Source: an uncultured archaeon (lineage in GTDB: Archaea; Thermoplasmatota; Penumbrarchaeia; CAZUZU01). From it: DNA of 20,000 bases. The stretch is taken from assembly GCA_964624865.1 (NCBI GenBank), contig CAZUZU010000002.1, positions 18,347 to 38,346 of the forward strand, in the 5' to 3' direction. The notes beneath the pieces were generated by a model. It was given only the letters and a program-made list of their open reading frames with translations, did no database searches and was not told the DNA's origin. The position numbers and the translations under genes were made by a program. This document shows positions 1 through 9,644 of this stretch, in pieces; position 1 is the stretch's first letter; the number at the start of each line of letters is the position of its first letter.

Positions 1-3000
1 AAACCGATGCCGGCAACCTGTCCAACGGGTCCGGCTCTGGAGCCTTGCTTCAAGCATCCCCCCAGGCCGATGAAGGGCTGTATGTCAGGGCCACAAGCGG
101 AGGAATATCCGTCCAGGTAGTATTCGATATTGTACCGGACGAACTGCATCATATAGAGATCGATCCTCCGTCAGCAAACGTGGAGGCGGGCAAATCACTG
201 CCCTTCAACGCCACTGGTTACGATCAATTTGATAATCCCGTTGCAGCATCTTACGTATGGGATACCAACATCGGGGACATGGTCGGTAATGTACTCTACG
301 CCCGGACGGAGGCGGGGGATGGTTGGGTAAGCGTATCATCGGGCCAGATATCCGCCCAGGCCGCCGTGACCATCTTACCCGGTCCGCTGGCCAGCATGGC
401 CATCGATCCGGTTTACGTAGAGGTGGATGCGGGGGGGACCCAGGCCTTTTCAGCCCGTGGTTACGATCAGTACGGTAATGAAGTGGAGATAGGCCCGGAC
501 TGGAAGACCACCGTGGGAGAAATGGAGGGCAGCGTTCTACAAGCCGTGACATATATCACCACCGGCCGCGTGATCGCCTACGTGGGCGAGACCAATGCCA
601 CCGCTGTGGTGAAGATAGTACCCGGCCCCTTGGCTTCCATCTTGGTAGAGCCGAATGAGATCACCCTTGAAGTTGGGGACAGCATGCCCTTCGAGGCCAC
701 CGGTGAGGACAGCTACGGCAACGACGTGTCCATCGACCCGGTGTGGAGCAGCAACCTGGGTTCCATGGACGGTAATGTTCTGACCGTGGAGGATTACTTG
801 GAGGAGGGCTATGTAAGCGCCGCGGCGGGCAATGTCACAGGTTCGGCAACGGTCTACGTGGTGTCACCGTCAACCGGGCTGAGGTTCACCGGTGCCGTGT
901 CCGATGTTACCTTGGAGGAGGACGCGCCACCTTATACCTGGGACCTGACCCTCATGGCCGAGGACGATCTGGATCCCCAGAGCAAGCTGAAGTGGTACCT
1001 TTCGGAGGCCGATTCCTCCTTATATGCAGTGAGCGGTGAAGGGACCACGGTACTGATAATCACGCCCGAGCCAAATATGTTCGGCAACAGCATGGTCTCC
1101 TTGTGGGTGAGCAATTCCAGGGGTAACACCCGGTCCGCCCAGGTATGGATAAACGTTACCTCGGTGAACGACAGGCCTTACTTCTTCCCCAAACCACCGG
1201 ACCTTACGGTTACCATGGATAAATCCTACACCTTCGATTACAGCCCCTATCTACAGGATATCGACCATGACCTATCCCAGCTTTCCCTGTCCGTGGACGA
1301 CACCCATGCTTCCGTGGACGGACACAAGGTCACTTACCTGTATCCCGCTTCGATGGTCGGGAAAAGGGTGTACGTGGAATTGAACCTGAGTGACGGCATC
1401 GGCAGCACCGGATGGGTCCTGGGGATAAATGTGTCGGAGGACAATGTTCCAGTCTTAAGGAGGGAGCTTCCCGACGTTACCATGCGCGAGGGGAGCAGCA
1501 AGTACGGCGTGTTCGACCTTGACGATTACTTCTTCGACCCGGACGGGGATTCCATCTACTTCTCCTACGGTTATACCCATATCACCATCGACATACATGA
1601 GAACAACAGCGTAGACCTCCATGCGGAGAGCAGCTGGAACGGCGTGGAAAGGGTGACCTTCAGGGCCACCGACCCCAGCGAAGCTCTGATAGAGGACATC
1701 ATAACAGTAACCGTTCTGGCGGTCAACGACCCGCCCGACATCTCGGGGGTGCCCGATCTGGTGGTTCATTACGGTGCGGACTATTATTTCGACCTCTCCC
1801 CATATATATTCGACGAGGACAATGATACAGCCGAGCTGAGGCTTCTCTTCGAGGATATGGGTATGGGTAATAGGGCCTTGTCCCAGTATGTACAGGCCTC
1901 TTCCGCCAATAATCTGGTGATGATGATCAACTATCCCCAGGAATTCCTTGACGAGACATTCACCTTGAGGATAACGGTCACCGACGGTGTTGACACGGCT
2001 TATCAGGATATAGATATAACCGTGTCCGAGGATTGGCCTCCCGAATTAATAACGGAGTTCCCCGACGTTACCTTCTACGAGGACGAATACCTTGCCAATC
2101 ATTTCAACGTGAATGATTATTTCACGGACAGGGACAACGACACTTTGTTCTACACCTACGGCAACGAACACGTAAAGGTCATCATTTACGATAACGGAAG
2201 CGTGGATTTCTTTGCGGACGAGAACTGGTTCGGCGTTGAGATAATAACGGTGAGGGCAACCGACAATTCCAGCGCCTTGGTGGAGGACGTGATAAAGGTC
2301 ACCGTTCTTCCCGTCAACGATCCCCCGGTCATATCCGCGGTTCCCGATCAGGAAGGGGTGATGGATGAGAGCTGGATGTTGGACCTTGCCCCCTATCTCC
2401 ACGACGTGGACAACAATGTGTCCGAGCTGGAGATCTCTAGCAGTTCCGATTACGTTACCGTTTCGGGCACCGTTCTGATGTTTCGGTATCCATCCGGCAT
2501 GAGGAACGACGTGGTCTACGTTTCGGTAAGGGACCCTAAGAACGCCAACGCCACGACTTCCTTCAACGTTACCTTGGCCAAGAAGGGGGTGGCCCAAGGA
2601 TCGAAGCCCGAGTCGTCCCAGTATCTTTGGTATATGGCACTGTTGATCCTGCTCATCCTGCTGGCCATACTCGGATACGCTTATGCCAAAGGGAGGTACG
2701 AGGTGAGCGAGGCGTTCCTGATATACAGCAACAACGGGCTCCTGATAGCTCACAAGTACAAAGGGGAAAAGGAAGACACGGAGATGGATATAAAGAGCAG
2801 CATGCTCACCGCTGTCCAGGACTTCGTCAGCGACGCTTTCGAAGAGGAGGGTGACGATGAGGGCGGGTTGAAGGTGCTGGAGTTCGGTGCCAAGAAGATA
2901 ATGATAGAGCATGGCAAGTCCGTTTACATAGCTGCCGTGTTCAAGGGAGGGACCTGGAGGTTGGGCCCGAGATTGAAGGCTTTAGTGAGGGAGCTGGAGG

Positions 3001-3104
3001 AGGAATACGGTGAGAAATTGGAGAAATGGGGCGGGGACGAAAGTGACCTCAAGGGTGCGGACAGGTACCTGGCCCGCTTGTTGATGATGAAGTCGGAGAA
3101 ATAA
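1..3104 (+). CDS. Large surface protein, 5'-truncated by the window: Ig-like repeats, cadherin-like repeats, one TM helix, C-terminal cytosolic roadblock/longin-like domain
   Basis: Frame stays open to the left window edge (upstream codons read TDAGNLSNGSGSGAL before the TTG at 45). Three 81-aa repeats of the type GPLAS.xx.P....V.aG....F.A.GyDqyGN. Later repeats with NDPP, DLSPYxxDxDxD, ENWxGVExxTxRATD. TM segment YLWYMALLILLILLAILGYAY, then YEVSEAFLIYSNNGLLIAHKY...SSMLTAVQDFVSDAF. Confidence 0.85.
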   Translation, partial: TDAGNLSNGSGSGALLQASPQADEGLYVRATSGGISVQVVFDIVPDELHHIEIDPPSANVEAGKSLPFNATGYDQFDNPVAASYVWDTNIGDMVGNVLYARTEAGDGWVSVSSGQISAQAAVTILPGPLASMAIDPVYVEVDAGGTQAFSARGYDQYGNEVEIGPDWKTTVGEMEGSVLQAVTYITTGRVIAYVGETNATAVVKIVPGPLASILVEPNEITLEVGDSMPFEATGEDSYGNDVSIDPVWSSNLGSMDGNVLTVEDYLEEGYVSAAAGNVTGSATVYVVSPSTGLRFTGAVSDVTLEEDAPPYTWDLTLMAEDDLDPQSKLKWYLSEADSSLYAVSGEGTTVLIITPEPNMFGNSMVSLWVSNSRGNTRSAQVWINVTSVNDRPYFFPKPPDLTVTMDKSYTFDYSPYLQDIDHDLSQLSLSVDDTHASVDGHKVTYLYPASMVGKRVYVELNLSDGIGSTGWVLGINVSEDNVPVLRRELPDVTMREGSSKYGVFDLDDYFFDPDGDSIYFSYGYTHITIDIHENNSVDLHAESSWNGVERVTFRATDPSEALIEDIITVTVLAVNDPPDISGVPDLVVHYGADYYFDLSPYIFDEDNDTAELRLLFEDMGMGNRALSQYVQASSANNLVMMINYPQEFLDETFTLRITVTDGVDTAYQDIDITVSEDWPPELITEFPDVTFYEDEYLANHFNVNDYFTDRDNDTLFYTYGNEHVKVIIYDNGSVDFFADENWFGVEIITVRATDNSSALVEDVIKVTVLPVNDPPVISAVPDQEGVMDESWMLDLAPYLHDVDNNVSELEISSSSDYVTVSGTVLMFRYPSGMRNDVVYVSVRDPKNANATTSFNVTLAKKGVAQGSKPESSQYLWYMALLILLILLAILGYAYAKGRYEVSEAFLIYSNNGLLIAHKYKGEKEDTEMDIKSSMLTAVQDFVSDAFEEEGDDEGGLKVLEFGAKKIMIEHGKSVYIAAVFKGGTWRLGPRLKALVRELEEEYGEKLEKWGGDESDLKGADRYLARLLMMKSEK
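135..863 (+). repeat. Three tandem 81-aa (243-bp) Ig-like repeats within the surface protein
   Basis: Repeat starts at ORF residues 31 (PDELHHIEIDP), 112 (PGPLASMAIDP) and 193 (PGPLASILVEP), exactly 81 aa apart; a preceding partial copy ends at residue 30. Confidence 0.8.
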
Positions 3105-3159
3105 TTCTTTGAACTCTGGCTTTAACGCCCCATAGTGATAATTTTTGGGCGCCCCAATG

Positions 3160-3170
3160 TTTATATATAT
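3160..3170 (+). promoter_or_regulatory. Putative archaeal TATA box for the GTPase gene
   Basis: TTTATATATAT about 21-31 nt upstream of the ATG at 3191, a spacing compatible with a leaderless or near-leaderless transcript. Confidence 0.55.
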
Positions 3171-3190
3171 ATTTCTTATTTATTCCCTTG

Positions 3191-4069
3191 ATGGAAGAGG
3201 CATTGAAGTTCAAGATAGTGCTCCTGGGCGACCCGAGCGTGGGTAAGACATCGTTGGTCAGCCGTTTCGTTCTGAACAATTTCGACGAGAAGTACATTAC
3301 CACTCTAGGCACGAGGGTCTACAAGAAGGAGGTCCCTTTAGAGCTGGACGGGGAGAAGAGGAAGGTCATTCTCATGGTCTGGGACACCCTTGGCCAAAAG
3401 GGCTTCGAGCGGATACTTCAAAATGCTTTACGGGGGTCGAAAGGCGCGATCATGGTGAGCGATATAACCCGCAGGGAGACCTTTGACAACCTGGAGAAAT
3501 GGGTGTTCAGGACATTGTTATATTCGGGTGCAATGCCCATGGTGTTCGTTGCCAATAAATCCGATCTAAAGGACAAATACGATTTCTCCGCCCAGGATAT
3601 GAGGGACCTTGGTGATAAATACGACTTTCCCGCCTATCTAACCTCCGCAAAGACCGGGAACCATGTGGAGGAGGCTTTCAAGCATCTTGCCAGGGAGATC
3701 ACCCACGTGCTGAAGGGAAAGAAGGAGCTTCCGCCGATATCAAACCTATTCTGCGCTAAACTGGAACAGGAAAAGGGTAAAGAGATTGACATAGACTCCC
3801 TGTTCCATCTGGAGGACTACGTGATATCCACTTTCTGCGAGCGTTTTGGCAATCAGCAGGACGCCATGCCCATTATAAGACAGCAGTTCAAGACACTTCA
3901 CATAGATTTTACATCCCCCTCACTTAACGACATGATGAAGGTGAGCCAAAGGCTCATTGATATAATGGGGGAGATGAAGGGGGACGGGGAGGCGAAGGGG
4001 TTCAAACGTGAAATCCAGCGGGCCATTACAAGATATAACAAATCCAAGTCCGGAACGGAAAAGCCATAG
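3191..4069 (+). CDS. Rab/Ras-like small GTPase with C-terminal extension
   Basis: P-loop GDPSVGKTS, switch-II-like WDTLGQKG, NKSD (G4) and TSAKTG (G5); about 120 aa follow the G domain. ORF track starts one Met earlier (3188). Confidence 0.9.
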   Translation: MEEALKFKIVLLGDPSVGKTSLVSRFVLNNFDEKYITTLGTRVYKKEVPLELDGEKRKVILMVWDTLGQKGFERILQNALRGSKGAIMVSDITRRETFDNLEKWVFRTLLYSGAMPMVFVANKSDLKDKYDFSAQDMRDLGDKYDFPAYLTSAKTGNHVEEAFKHLAREITHVLKGKKELPPISNLFCAKLEQEKGKEIDIDSLFHLEDYVISTFCERFGNQQDAMPIIRQQFKTLHIDFTSPSLNDMMKVSQRLIDIMGEMKGDGEAKGFKREIQRAITRYNKSKSGTEKP

Positions 4070-4083
4070 TACAAATCCTTTGT

Positions 4084-5364
4084 CTATTTCTTTGTCTTGT
4101 CTATCATCTCGTTCCTGTTAATGTACAATATGTATTCTAGTATCTTCTTGCAGTTGGGGCATATATGTATCTGGTCGTCGATCTTCATGCCCTCGTCGTC
4201 TTCCCCCGTTTCAGTAACTGTAAGAAAGTCCTTTTTCACCTGATCGGGGAAGTTCTTCAGGATCTCACTGCCCGTGGAGATGCTTTCCAATCTTTCTTCT
4301 TCCTTCTCTTCAAGAGATAACTCTCCCTTTTTCACAAACTTGTCCAGGGAGACGGCGAACAGATGCGATTCCTGGTCACCGATGTAAACACTGTTGTTCT
4401 TCTGCGAGTACTCGAGTGAGAACACGTCGCTTTTAGTGGGTATCTTTCCAAGCAGGTCTCCGTTCCGGTCGAAAACGTATACCGCCCCGTCCTTGGAACT
4501 GCCTATTACCAGGCGGGAATCGTTGGACACCCTGATCTTGTTTATGTAGTCCCCGGCAGTGAAACGCCACCGAATGTTGCCCCTTGAATCAAAGACGTAA
4601 AGGGACCTGTCGAAGGAGCCGCAGGCGAATATCCTGGCATTGTCGTCACAGTCACATGTGAGCACGCTCTCCCTTGTGGGATACTTCCATTTGACGTTGC
4701 CATTTATGTCTATGCAGTAAAGGTTCCAGTCCTTGGACCCCACTTCGACGTATTCGTTGTCTTCCTCCCTGGTCATCTTAACGTCGAAGACACGCCCGCC
4801 GGTCTTGAACTGCCACAGCATCTCCCCGTTCCAGGTCATCATGTAGACCATGTTGTCGTAGGAACCCATTGCCACCCAACCCCTGACCCCCTTTTCCGGG
4901 TCCAGGTTGGTCAGTGTGCCTATACTGCTAACTACGCCACCTGTCGTATGCTCCCACTTCTGATTGCCGCTCGCATCGAAACAGACCATCTTGCCACCGT
5001 AGGTCCCGGCAAAGATGTACAGCTCCTTTTCCCCCCTGGGATTGATATACTGTCCTATTGAAAGGGCATTGATGTAGGTGTCCGTCTTGTACTTCCACAA
5101 AAGATCCCCCTCGTTGGAGAACACGTAGAGGTTGTGATCGTAAGAACCGGCGCAAATGAATGAGCAGTCGGGGCTCAGCGCTATGGTGTTCACTATCCCC
5201 TCCGTCTTGTAGCGCCACAGTAGTCTTCCCCCCTCCTCGAAGAAATATATGTTGGTGTCAAAGGAACCCACGGCCAAATACTTCCCATCCTCGTCCGGAG
5301 ATATGGAGGTGACGATGCCGGCTGCCCTGAATTCCCAATCTTCCTTTACCATAGTGACCAACAT
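4084..5364 (-). CDS. PQQ/WD40-like beta-propeller repeat protein with C-terminal CxxC motif
   Basis: Repeated units of about 40 aa such as GSFDRSLYVFDSRGNIRWRFTAGDYIN and GSSKDGAVYVFDRNGDLLGKIPT; C-terminal ICPNCKK. Start could be the internal Met (MVKEDWEF). Confidence 0.8.
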   Translation of the reverse strand: MLVTMVKEDWEFRAAGIVTSISPDEDGKYLAVGSFDTNIYFFEEGGRLLWRYKTEGIVNTIALSPDCSFICAGSYDHNLYVFSNEGDLLWKYKTDTYINALSIGQYINPRGEKELYIFAGTYGGKMVCFDASGNQKWEHTTGGVVSSIGTLTNLDPEKGVRGWVAMGSYDNMVYMMTWNGEMLWQFKTGGRVFDVKMTREEDNEYVEVGSKDWNLYCIDINGNVKWKYPTRESVLTCDCDDNARIFACGSFDRSLYVFDSRGNIRWRFTAGDYINKIRVSNDSRLVIGSSKDGAVYVFDRNGDLLGKIPTKSDVFSLEYSQKNNSVYIGDQESHLFAVSLDKFVKKGELSLEEKEEERLESISTGSEILKNFPDQVKKDFLTVTETGEDDEGMKIDDQIHICPNCKKILEYILYINRNEMIDKTKK

Positions 5365-5442
5365 AACATTTTTTAATAATGAATATACGTAAGCAATATA
5401 AATATTGTCCTAACGGCATGAATTGGATGACAGTTTTTTCTG

Positions 5443-6735
5443 TTATTTCCCATTGGCCTTCTTTCCCAATCTGATCTCGATGCTCCTTGCATGGGCCTCC
5501 AAACCCTCCGCCCGGGCCAGTTCCACAGCCGCTTCTCCTATTCGATCCAGCCCCTTATGATTGACCTCCAAGGTGGTGACCAGCTTGACGAAATCCTTGA
5601 TTCCCAGGCCTCCGGTGTATCTTGCTGCGGTGTTCGTGGGGAGGGTGTGATTAATACCGGAGCTGTAATCGCCCAGCGCCTCTCCGGCCCCAATCCCTAT
5701 GAAAAGAGAACCGTAGTTCTTCAGGTCCCGGATATATTTCTTAGGATTCTTCACGCATAGTTCCAGATGCTCCGGTCCCCTCTTGTTGGCAATGTCTATC
5801 CCCTGCCTAAGGTCCTTGACAAGGATTATCAATCCGTTGTTCTCCAGGGCGTCGGACGCGGTGTCCGCGGTCTCCAGGCCCTTTAGCTGTTGCCTCACCT
5901 CTTTTTCCACCTTGCCCGCCAGTTCCTTGGTATCGGTTATCAGAACGGCGGCTGCATCGGGATCGTGCTCGGACTGGGCCAGCATATCGGCGGCAATGAT
6001 GTCTGGCCCTGCGTTTTCGTCCGCCAGTATCAGCAATTCCGTTGGCCCGGCAATGAGATCTATCCCCACCCTGCCGAAGACCTCCCTCTTTGCCCCTGCC
6101 ACGTATTTGTTCCCGGGTCCAACGATCTTGTCAACCGCCCGGACCGTTTCTGTGCCGTAGGCCATGGCCGCCACCGCCTGGGCGCCTCCCACCCTGTACA
6201 TCTCGTCCACCCGGGCTATGTCCGCCGCTACGAGAATGGCGGGATGTATCCCCCCCTTGTGGCTTGGTGGGGAACATACGGCGATCTCTCTAACCCCGGC
6301 GGTCCTGGCTGGCCCGGCCCCCATCAGCAGGCTGGAGACCAGTGGATAGCGGCCCCCGGGCACGTATATGCCCACCCGATCCAGGGGTATGACCCGCTGC
6401 CCTGTCTTCACCCCGCCCTCCGTCTCGTACTGGAAGTCCTGGAACTGAGCAAGCTGCCTCCTGGCAAAGCTCACGATGTTCCGGTGGCACTTTTTCATTG
6501 CCTTGACAAGCCCCTCGTTCACTGAGTCATAGGCCTTTTTGATCTCCTTTTTTTCAACCCTGAAATTCTCTACATCGGCCCTGTCGAACCTTTTGGTGTA
6601 ATCCCTGAGGGCCTTGTCCCCCTCCTTCCTTACCCTCCCGATGATGTCTTTAACCGCTTCCAGGTCCTCCGTCTCCCTGTATCGAAAGAAGGCTTCGTCG
6701 AGTTTTTCCGCTTTAATCATCCTCAATCGTCCCAC
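5443..6735 (-). CDS. hisD: Histidinol dehydrogenase
   Basis: GVYVPGG, AQAVAAMAYGT, VDKIVGPGNKYVAGAKR, IAGPTELLILAD, AQSEHDPDAAAVLIT, GPEHLELC and GINHTLPTNTAARYTGGL motifs; position in the his operon. Confidence 0.97.
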   Translation of the reverse strand: MGRLRMIKAEKLDEAFFRYRETEDLEAVKDIIGRVRKEGDKALRDYTKRFDRADVENFRVEKKEIKKAYDSVNEGLVKAMKKCHRNIVSFARRQLAQFQDFQYETEGGVKTGQRVIPLDRVGIYVPGGRYPLVSSLLMGAGPARTAGVREIAVCSPPSHKGGIHPAILVAADIARVDEMYRVGGAQAVAAMAYGTETVRAVDKIVGPGNKYVAGAKREVFGRVGIDLIAGPTELLILADENAGPDIIAADMLAQSEHDPDAAAVLITDTKELAGKVEKEVRQQLKGLETADTASDALENNGLIILVKDLRQGIDIANKRGPEHLELCVKNPKKYIRDLKNYGSLFIGIGAGEALGDYSSGINHTLPTNTAARYTGGLGIKDFVKLVTTLEVNHKGLDRIGEAAVELARAEGLEAHARSIEIRLGKKANGK

Positions 6736-7730
6736 CTCCTGTCCCCGAAGCAGGTGTAGGTGCCCAGGTGGCAGGCCGGCCCCCTAGGCCTGACAGTGGC
6801 CAGCAGGGCGTCCTGGTCGCAATCCGCCCTTATGCGTATGAAATCCTGTATGTTGCCCGAGGTGAGTCCCTTGGTCCAGAGCTCCTCCCTCGATCTGGAA
6901 TAGTAGGTCATCTTGTTGGTCCCGAATGTCTTTCTAAGGGATTCCCTGCTGCTGTAGGCGAGCATCAGCACGTTCCCCTTGTGGTCCTGGGCAATGGTGG
7001 GAATGAGCCCCATCTTGTCCCAGGCCAGAGAATGGATGAACCCCTCGCCGAGGTCTATCCTGCCCGTGTACAATGCCATGCCCAGCTGGACGTGGACCCC
7101 CATGGCCCCGAGTTCTTTTATCTCGTCCGTGGTGGTGACCCCTCCGGCAGCTGTGAGCCGGTTCTTGGTGGTTTTTCTGAGCTTCCTTATTGTGTCCATG
7201 TCGGTGCCTTTCATACATCCCTCCCTTTCCACACAGGTAAAAAGAAACTCGCCGGCGTAATCCTCAAGCTCCTCTACCGCGGTAAAAAGGTCAAGGCCGG
7301 TGTCGTGCTTCCACGCCTTGGTAACGACCTTACCACCCCTGGAATCGATGGCAATGATCATCTTCCTCCGGCCTATTTTTTTTGCGAGGGCGGATAGGAA
7401 GTCGCGGTTCACCTCGTCGTTCTGGAAGGCCTTTGAGCCTATGATGACCTTCGTTGCGCCCTCGTAAATCCACCCTGCCGCCTTTTCAACCGTATTTACG
7501 CCGCCTCCCACCCGACATTCGGTAATCTTCAACAGCTCCTTTATGGTCTCCGCGTTGTGGCCCTTGCCCATTGCAGCGTCCAGGTCTATGACCGCTGTCT
7601 CCCCGAATCGTTCGAATTCCCTGGCCAAGGCCTTCGGGTCTTCCTTCTCCAGCATCTTTTCCCTGCCCTGCCTCAGCTGTACCGCCTTACCCTCGCTAAG
7701 GTCTATGGATGAGATTATCATCTTACGCAC
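6723..7730 (-). CDS. hisA-hisI: Fusion protein: ProFAR isomerase (HisA) plus phosphoribosyl-AMP cyclohydrolase (HisI)
   Basis: Residues 1 to about 235 are HisA-like ([55 protein letters not shown]). Residues about 236-335 are HisI-like ([55 protein letters not shown]). No stop between them. Confidence 0.92.
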   Translation of the reverse strand: MRKMIISSIDLSEGKAVQLRQGREKMLEKEDPKALAREFERFGETAVIDLDAAMGKGHNAETIKELLKITECRVGGGVNTVEKAAGWIYEGATKVIIGSKAFQNDEVNRDFLSALAKKIGRRKMIIAIDSRGGKVVTKAWKHDTGLDLFTAVEELEDYAGEFLFTCVEREGCMKGTDMDTIRKLRKTTKNRLTAAGGVTTTDEIKELGAMGVHVQLGMALYTGRIDLGEGFIHSLAWDKMGLIPTIAQDHKGNVLMLAYSSRESLRKTFGTNKMTYYSRSREELWTKGLTSGNIQDFIRIRADCDQDALLATVRPRGPACHLGTYTCFGDRRWDD

Positions 7731-8470
7731 ACTCCCTTATCCTTCATGTATTCCTTTATCTCGTTGATGGTGAACCGCCCGTAATGTAGCAAAGAGGCCA
7801 GCAGAACGGCGTCGGCCCTTCCCCTTTTCACGGCGTCGACCATCTGTTGAAGGTTGCCGGCGCCGCCCGAGGCTATCACAGGCACGTTCACCGCCTCCAC
7901 CACCGTCCGGGTCAGATCGAGGTCGTAACCCTCGCCGGTGCCGTCCTTGTCCATGGAGTTCAGCAGTATCTCCCCCGCGCCCAGCTCTTCGCCCTGCTTC
8001 GCCCACCCCACGGCGTCTTTGCCCGCGTCCTTTCTGCCGCCGTGTGTGAAGGCGTTCCAGCTCCCGCCCCTTTTCTTGGCGTCGATGCTCAGCACGATGC
8101 ACTGGGAGCCGAAAGCCTCGGCCCCCTTGGATATAAGCTCTGGCTCCTTTAGGGCGGAGGTGCACAACGCCACCTTGTCGGCTCCGGCGGAAAGCACCAT
8201 CCTCATGTCCTCCACTGTGCGCAGGCCTCCGCCAACGCTCAGGGGTATGAACACCTGCTTTGACACCGCTTTGACCACCTCCACCAGTATCTGCCTTGAC
8301 TTGTAGGAGGCGCCTATGTCCAGGAACACAAGCTCGTCCGCGCCCTGGCTGTTGTACTCCCCGGCCAGCTCCACCGGGTCACCCGCGTCCCTGATGTTCT
8401 TGAACTTGACACCCTTGACCACCCTGCCGTTGTCAACGTCCAGGCAGGGGATTATCCTGGCGGCTAGCAT
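7718..8470 (-). CDS. hisF: Imidazole glycerol phosphate synthase cyclase subunit
   Basis: [63 protein letters not shown] and [10 protein letters not shown]. Confidence 0.97.
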   Translation of the reverse strand: MLAARIIPCLDVDNGRVVKGVKFKNIRDAGDPVELAGEYNSQGADELVFLDIGASYKSRQILVEVVKAVSKQVFIPLSVGGGLRTVEDMRMVLSAGADKVALCTSALKEPELISKGAEAFGSQCIVLSIDAKKRGGSWNAFTHGGRKDAGKDAVGWAKQGEELGAGEILLNSMDKDGTGEGYDLDLTRTVVEAVNVPVIASGGAGNLQQMVDAVKRGRADAVLLASLLHYGRFTINEIKEYMKDKGVCVR

Positions 8471-9060
8471 TCTATCACCCAGTTCTTCAGCAATTTTAAA
8501 CCGACTTCGCCGCTCTTCTCTGGGTGGAACTGGACCCCGTAAACGCTTCCTCTTTCCACCGCGGAGGTGTATTCCACCACGTAGTCAGTGACGGCGGTGG
8601 TCACGCCGGTTCGATCCCTGACGTAGTAACTGTGCAGGAAGTAAAAGAACGAGCCGTTGTCTATGCCCTTGAACAATTTAGACCCTTTGTTATATCGGAC
8701 CTGGTTCCACCCGATCTGTGGCACCCTGCCCTGATGGAATCTCGGAACGTCGCCCTTGAATACGCCCAGGCCCTTGCCCCGGGGTGATTCCTCGCTCTGC
8801 TCGAACAGCACCTGCATGCCCAGGCATATACCTAAAAATGGTTTATCCTCTTCTATCCACTGCAACAGGGCGGGTACCCATTCCTTTTCCCGCAGCATGC
8901 GCATGGCGGCACCGAAGGCGCCCACGCCCGGGAGGATCAGTTTTTCCACTTTTCCCAGGTCTCCAGGCCCCCTGACCACCACGGATTCCCGGCCAAGGTA
9001 GTCCAGCGCATTGCCAACGGACAGCAGGTTCCCTGCCCCGTAATCCACTATACCTATCAT
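8464..9060 (-). CDS. hisH: Imidazole glycerol phosphate synthase glutamine amidotransferase subunit
   Basis: [30 protein letters not shown] (nucleophile Cys), [10 protein letters not shown]. Confidence 0.97.
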   Translation of the reverse strand: MIGIVDYGAGNLLSVGNALDYLGRESVVVRGPGDLGKVEKLILPGVGAFGAAMRMLREKEWVPALLQWIEEDKPFLGICLGMQVLFEQSEESPRGKGLGVFKGDVPRFHQGRVPQIGWNQVRYNKGSKLFKGIDNGSFFYFLHSYYVRDRTGVTTAVTDYVVEYTSAVERGSVYGVQFHPEKSGEVGLKLLKNWVIEC

Positions 9061-9644
9061 AATTTACCCTTCGTGCTAGGTATTTTTCCCTCTATCCTCG
9101 GCTCTATTTCGCAGGCCTGCTTGAGGGCCTTGCCGAATGCCTTGAACAAAGCCTCTATCTTGTGATGGTCGCTTCTCCCGTACTCCACCTTGAGGTGGAG
9201 GGTGGTGTTTGACGCGGCTACGAAGCCTTGGAAGAAATCGTGGACCAGGGCCGTTTCCATATCCCCCACCTTCTTGTCCTTGAACTCGGCCTCCATGACA
9301 AGGAACGGCCGGCCGGACACGTCCAGGGCGGCGGATGCCAGGGCCTCGTCCATAGGATAGGAGAAATGGCCCGACCGTTTAATCCCCTCTTTGAGCCCCA
9401 GGGCCTTAGCGAATGCCTGGCCGAGAACGATGCCGCTGTCCTCCACCGTATGGTGCTGGTCCACCTCCAGGTCCCCCTTGATATTCATGTCCAGGTCGAA
9501 CAGTCCGTGCTTGGCAAAGGATTCCAGCATGTGGTTCAGGAACCCGATCTCGGACCGGACCTCAGCCGTGCCGGTGCCGTCGATGTTCAATTTAATCTTT
9601 ATCTCCGTTTCATTCGTCTTTCTCTCCACTTCCGCTGTTCTCAT
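9057..9644 (-). CDS. hisB: Imidazoleglycerol-phosphate dehydratase
   Basis: GFLNHMLESFAKHGLFDL, DQHHTVEDSGIVLGQAF, DHHKIEALFKAFGKAL motifs. Confidence 0.96.
   Translation of the reverse strand: MRTAEVERKTNETEIKIKLNIDGTGTAEVRSEIGFLNHMLESFAKHGLFDLDMNIKGDLEVDQHHTVEDSGIVLGQAFAKALGLKEGIKRSGHFSYPMDEALASAALDVSGRPFLVMEAEFKDKKVGDMETALVHDFFQGFVAASNTTLHLKVEYGRSDHHKIEALFKAFGKALKQACEIEPRIEGKIPSTKGKL

Noticed and set aside
2046-2912. 288-aa minus-strand ORF
   Set aside because: Fully antisense to the surface-protein gene, whose repeats, TM and tail are coherent. The product (MLYHYLLGTELQHLQPALIV...) shows no family motif; typical high-GC shadow ORF.
3126-3151. Inverted repeat CGCCC...GGGCG between the surface-protein and GTPase genes
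   Set aside because: Only 5 bp with a 16-nt loop and overlapping the likely promoter region; too weak to call a terminator or operator.
5890-6525. 211-aa plus-strand ORF inside hisD
   Set aside because: Antisense to clearly conserved HisD motifs; no recognisable domain.
7737-8165. 142-aa minus-strand ORF overlapping hisF in another frame
   Set aside because: Same-strand alternative frame of hisF with Arg/Gly-rich translation and no domain; hisF itself is unequivocal.
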